Assembly (NCBI GenBank): GCA_964626755.1
Contig: CAZVGO010000050.1
Span: forward strand, 203,960-267,959
Source: an uncultured Anaerolineaceae bacterium
GTDB lineage: Bacteria > Chloroflexota > Limnocylindria > Limnocylindrales > CSP1-4
DNA length: 64,000 nucleotides
Reading direction: 5' to 3'
Shown: positions 62,907 to 64,000 of the stretch, piece after piece
Layout of the letters: the number at the start of each line of letters is the position of its first letter
How positions within the stretch are numbered: position 1 is the stretch's first letter
Position numbers and translations under genes: made by a program
Notes under the pieces: generated by a model
The model's input: only the letters and a program-made list of their open reading frames with translations
Told to the model about the DNA's origin: nothing
The model's database searches: none

Positions 62907-64000
62907 CTACCTGATGCAGTCGCCGAGGGCAACCTCACTCGTTCGCCCGATGCCCGGCCGGATTCGGCCGGCGACCGACAGAGGCGAGAGCGCATAGCCG
63001 ACGTCCTCGTCCGTGCGGGCCTCGGCGAACACGATCCCGCCCACCGTCCCGTCGGCGAGCACGAACGGACCGCCGCTGTCGCCTCGATCGATCGCCGCCC
63101 GCAACTCGAGGATCTGCCGGATGACCAGGTCCTCGCCATAGATGTCCCGGCCGCGCGCCTCGTATCGGTCTGCAACCGCTGCCGGCACGATCACCATCCC
63201 GCCGCCGCCCGGAAATCCCAGCGCCGCCCCTGTGTCTCCCCGTTGCGGTTCCGTCGCCGCGAACCGCAAGGGAGGCGCCGGGAGGCGAGGAACCCACAGG
63301 AGCGCGACGTCGAGGTCCGGGTCGAACAGGACCACCGCGGCGTCGAACAGCGACCCGGCCAGCGACACGCGGACTGTCCGGCCACCGGCAACGACGTGGG
63401 CGTTCGTCACGACGTAGTCGGTTGCGACCGCGAACCCGGTCCCGGTCGACAGAGCGCCGCAGGTCTGGGCCGTGACCTTGACAGTGCTCGCCTCGGCCGC
63501 GGCCGCGATCGCCCGCGCCCGTGGGTCATCCGGCCGGTCGACCGGCAGAGCCGGGATTGGCTCGAGGCCGACGAAGAGCTCGGGGAGTCCGGTGTCGTCG
63601 AGCAGGGCACCGAGCCCGACCGCGATCTCCGTGGGAGCGGGAAGCACCGCGGAGAGTGCCCGGAGGGTGGTGGACGTCTGGGCCTGCGCGGCGGCACGGG
63701 GGACCGGGCCGGCGGCGAGCAGGCCGCCGGCGAGCCACACGACGAGGATCGCCTGGGCCGCTCCGAGCAATCCGCCCGCCAGGCGATCCATGCCACCCAA
63801 CAGCCCGGTGCCGAGCCGGTAGGCCCCGTACCGCCCGATGCTCGAGCCGATCGCCTCGCCGATACCCACGGCCAGGAGCAGCCAGAGGAGCACCATCACC
63901 GCGCGCAGGCCCGGGTCAAGCGTCCTGAGCAGCCCTTCGGCCGGGGTCAGCGCGAGGATTGCGAGCACGCCACCGAGGATTGCTCCGGTCAGGCCACCCA
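62907..64000 (-). CDS. MarP-like membrane serine protease (CvpA-type membrane domain plus trypsin-like S1 domain), N-terminus may lie beyond the window
   Basis: Hydrophobic N-terminal region, then the catalytic triad motifs TNAHVV, DVALL and GDSGGP. Confidence 0.7.
   Translation of the reverse strand, partial: GGLTGAILGGVLAILALTPAEGLLRTLDPGLRAVMVLLWLLLAVGIGEAIGSSIGRYGAYRLGTGLLGGMDRLAGGLLGAAQAILVVWLAGGLLAAGPVPRAAAQAQTSTTLRALSAVLPAPTEIAVGLGALLDDTGLPELFVGLEPIPALPVDRPDDPRARAIAAAAEASTVKVTAQTCGALSTGTGFAVATDYVVTNAHVVAGGRTVRVSLAGSLFDAAVVLFDPDLDVALLWVPRLPAPPLRFAATEPQRGDTGAALGFPGGGGMVIVPAAVADRYEARGRDIYGEDLVIRQILELRAAIDRGDSGGPFVLADGTVGGIVFAEARTDEDVGYALSPLSVAGRIRPGIGRTSEVALGDCIR

Overview
This is a high-GC (about 70%) window that looks like an Actinomycetota chromosome. 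The inference rests on an F420-type LLM oxidoreductase, a mycothiol-type MDMPI/DinB_2 protein, KorAB, a MarP-like protease, and pervasive GTG/TTG starts with 4-nt ATGA/GTGA gene overlaps. It is densely coding, with roughly 70 genes and one tRNA, and no mobile element, CRISPR array or defence system is visible.

Most of the content is core metabolism:
- a glutamate synthase C-terminus fragment, a GAF-type histidine kinase with an OmpR-type regulator, and PEP carboxylase;
- a potADBC-type polyamine ABC importer;
- a 7Fe ferredoxin, proC, and a dispersed homogentisate (tyrosine) catabolic set (hppD, fahA, hmgA);
- 2-oxoglutarate:ferredoxin oxidoreductase korAB;
- a fabD-kasA-kasB-like FAS-II block and ilvD;
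- several peptidases (S51, S9, M24, M20).

The most unusual content is copper-centred, in three places:

1. An approximately 7 kb, 8-gene minus-strand operon (16061 to 9000). It comprises:
   - a cytochrome oxidase subunit II with CuA and a fused C-terminal type-1 copper cupredoxin domain, followed by subunits I, III and a small subunit-IV-like protein;
   - a second, membrane-anchored cupredoxin;
   - a TlpA-like thioredoxin and an ABC-2 exporter (ATPase plus permease).
   The membrane-anchored cupredoxin has an N-terminus that is an internal tandem duplication of an HLPGPSF-containing two-helix module, and it carries a Pro/Gly tandem-repeat linker. The operon ends at a convergent intrinsic terminator shared with an initiator tRNA-fMet gene, which has a textbook TTGACC-N17-TAGAAT promoter. 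No c-type cytochrome domain is present. The cluster therefore looks like a cupredoxin-wired aa3-type oxidase with dedicated copper-centre maturation functions.

2. Nearby are a divergent CtaG-type assembly factor and an unannotated 56-aa YHS-domain ORF.

3. A CopA P-type ATPase whose promoter carries an ATACTC-N5-GAGTAT palindrome overlapping an extended -10. This resembles a CsoR-type operator.

Other notable points: korAB is flanked by two CBS-pair proteins and a receiver-like protein; the fabD-kasA-kasB block has no acpM; a BtuF-like binding protein has no signal peptide; and a 600-bp gene-free stretch lies at 19311-19923.

Method note: the ORF track translates GTG and TTG starts as M, and many long antisense or alternate-frame ORFs are high-GC artefacts.
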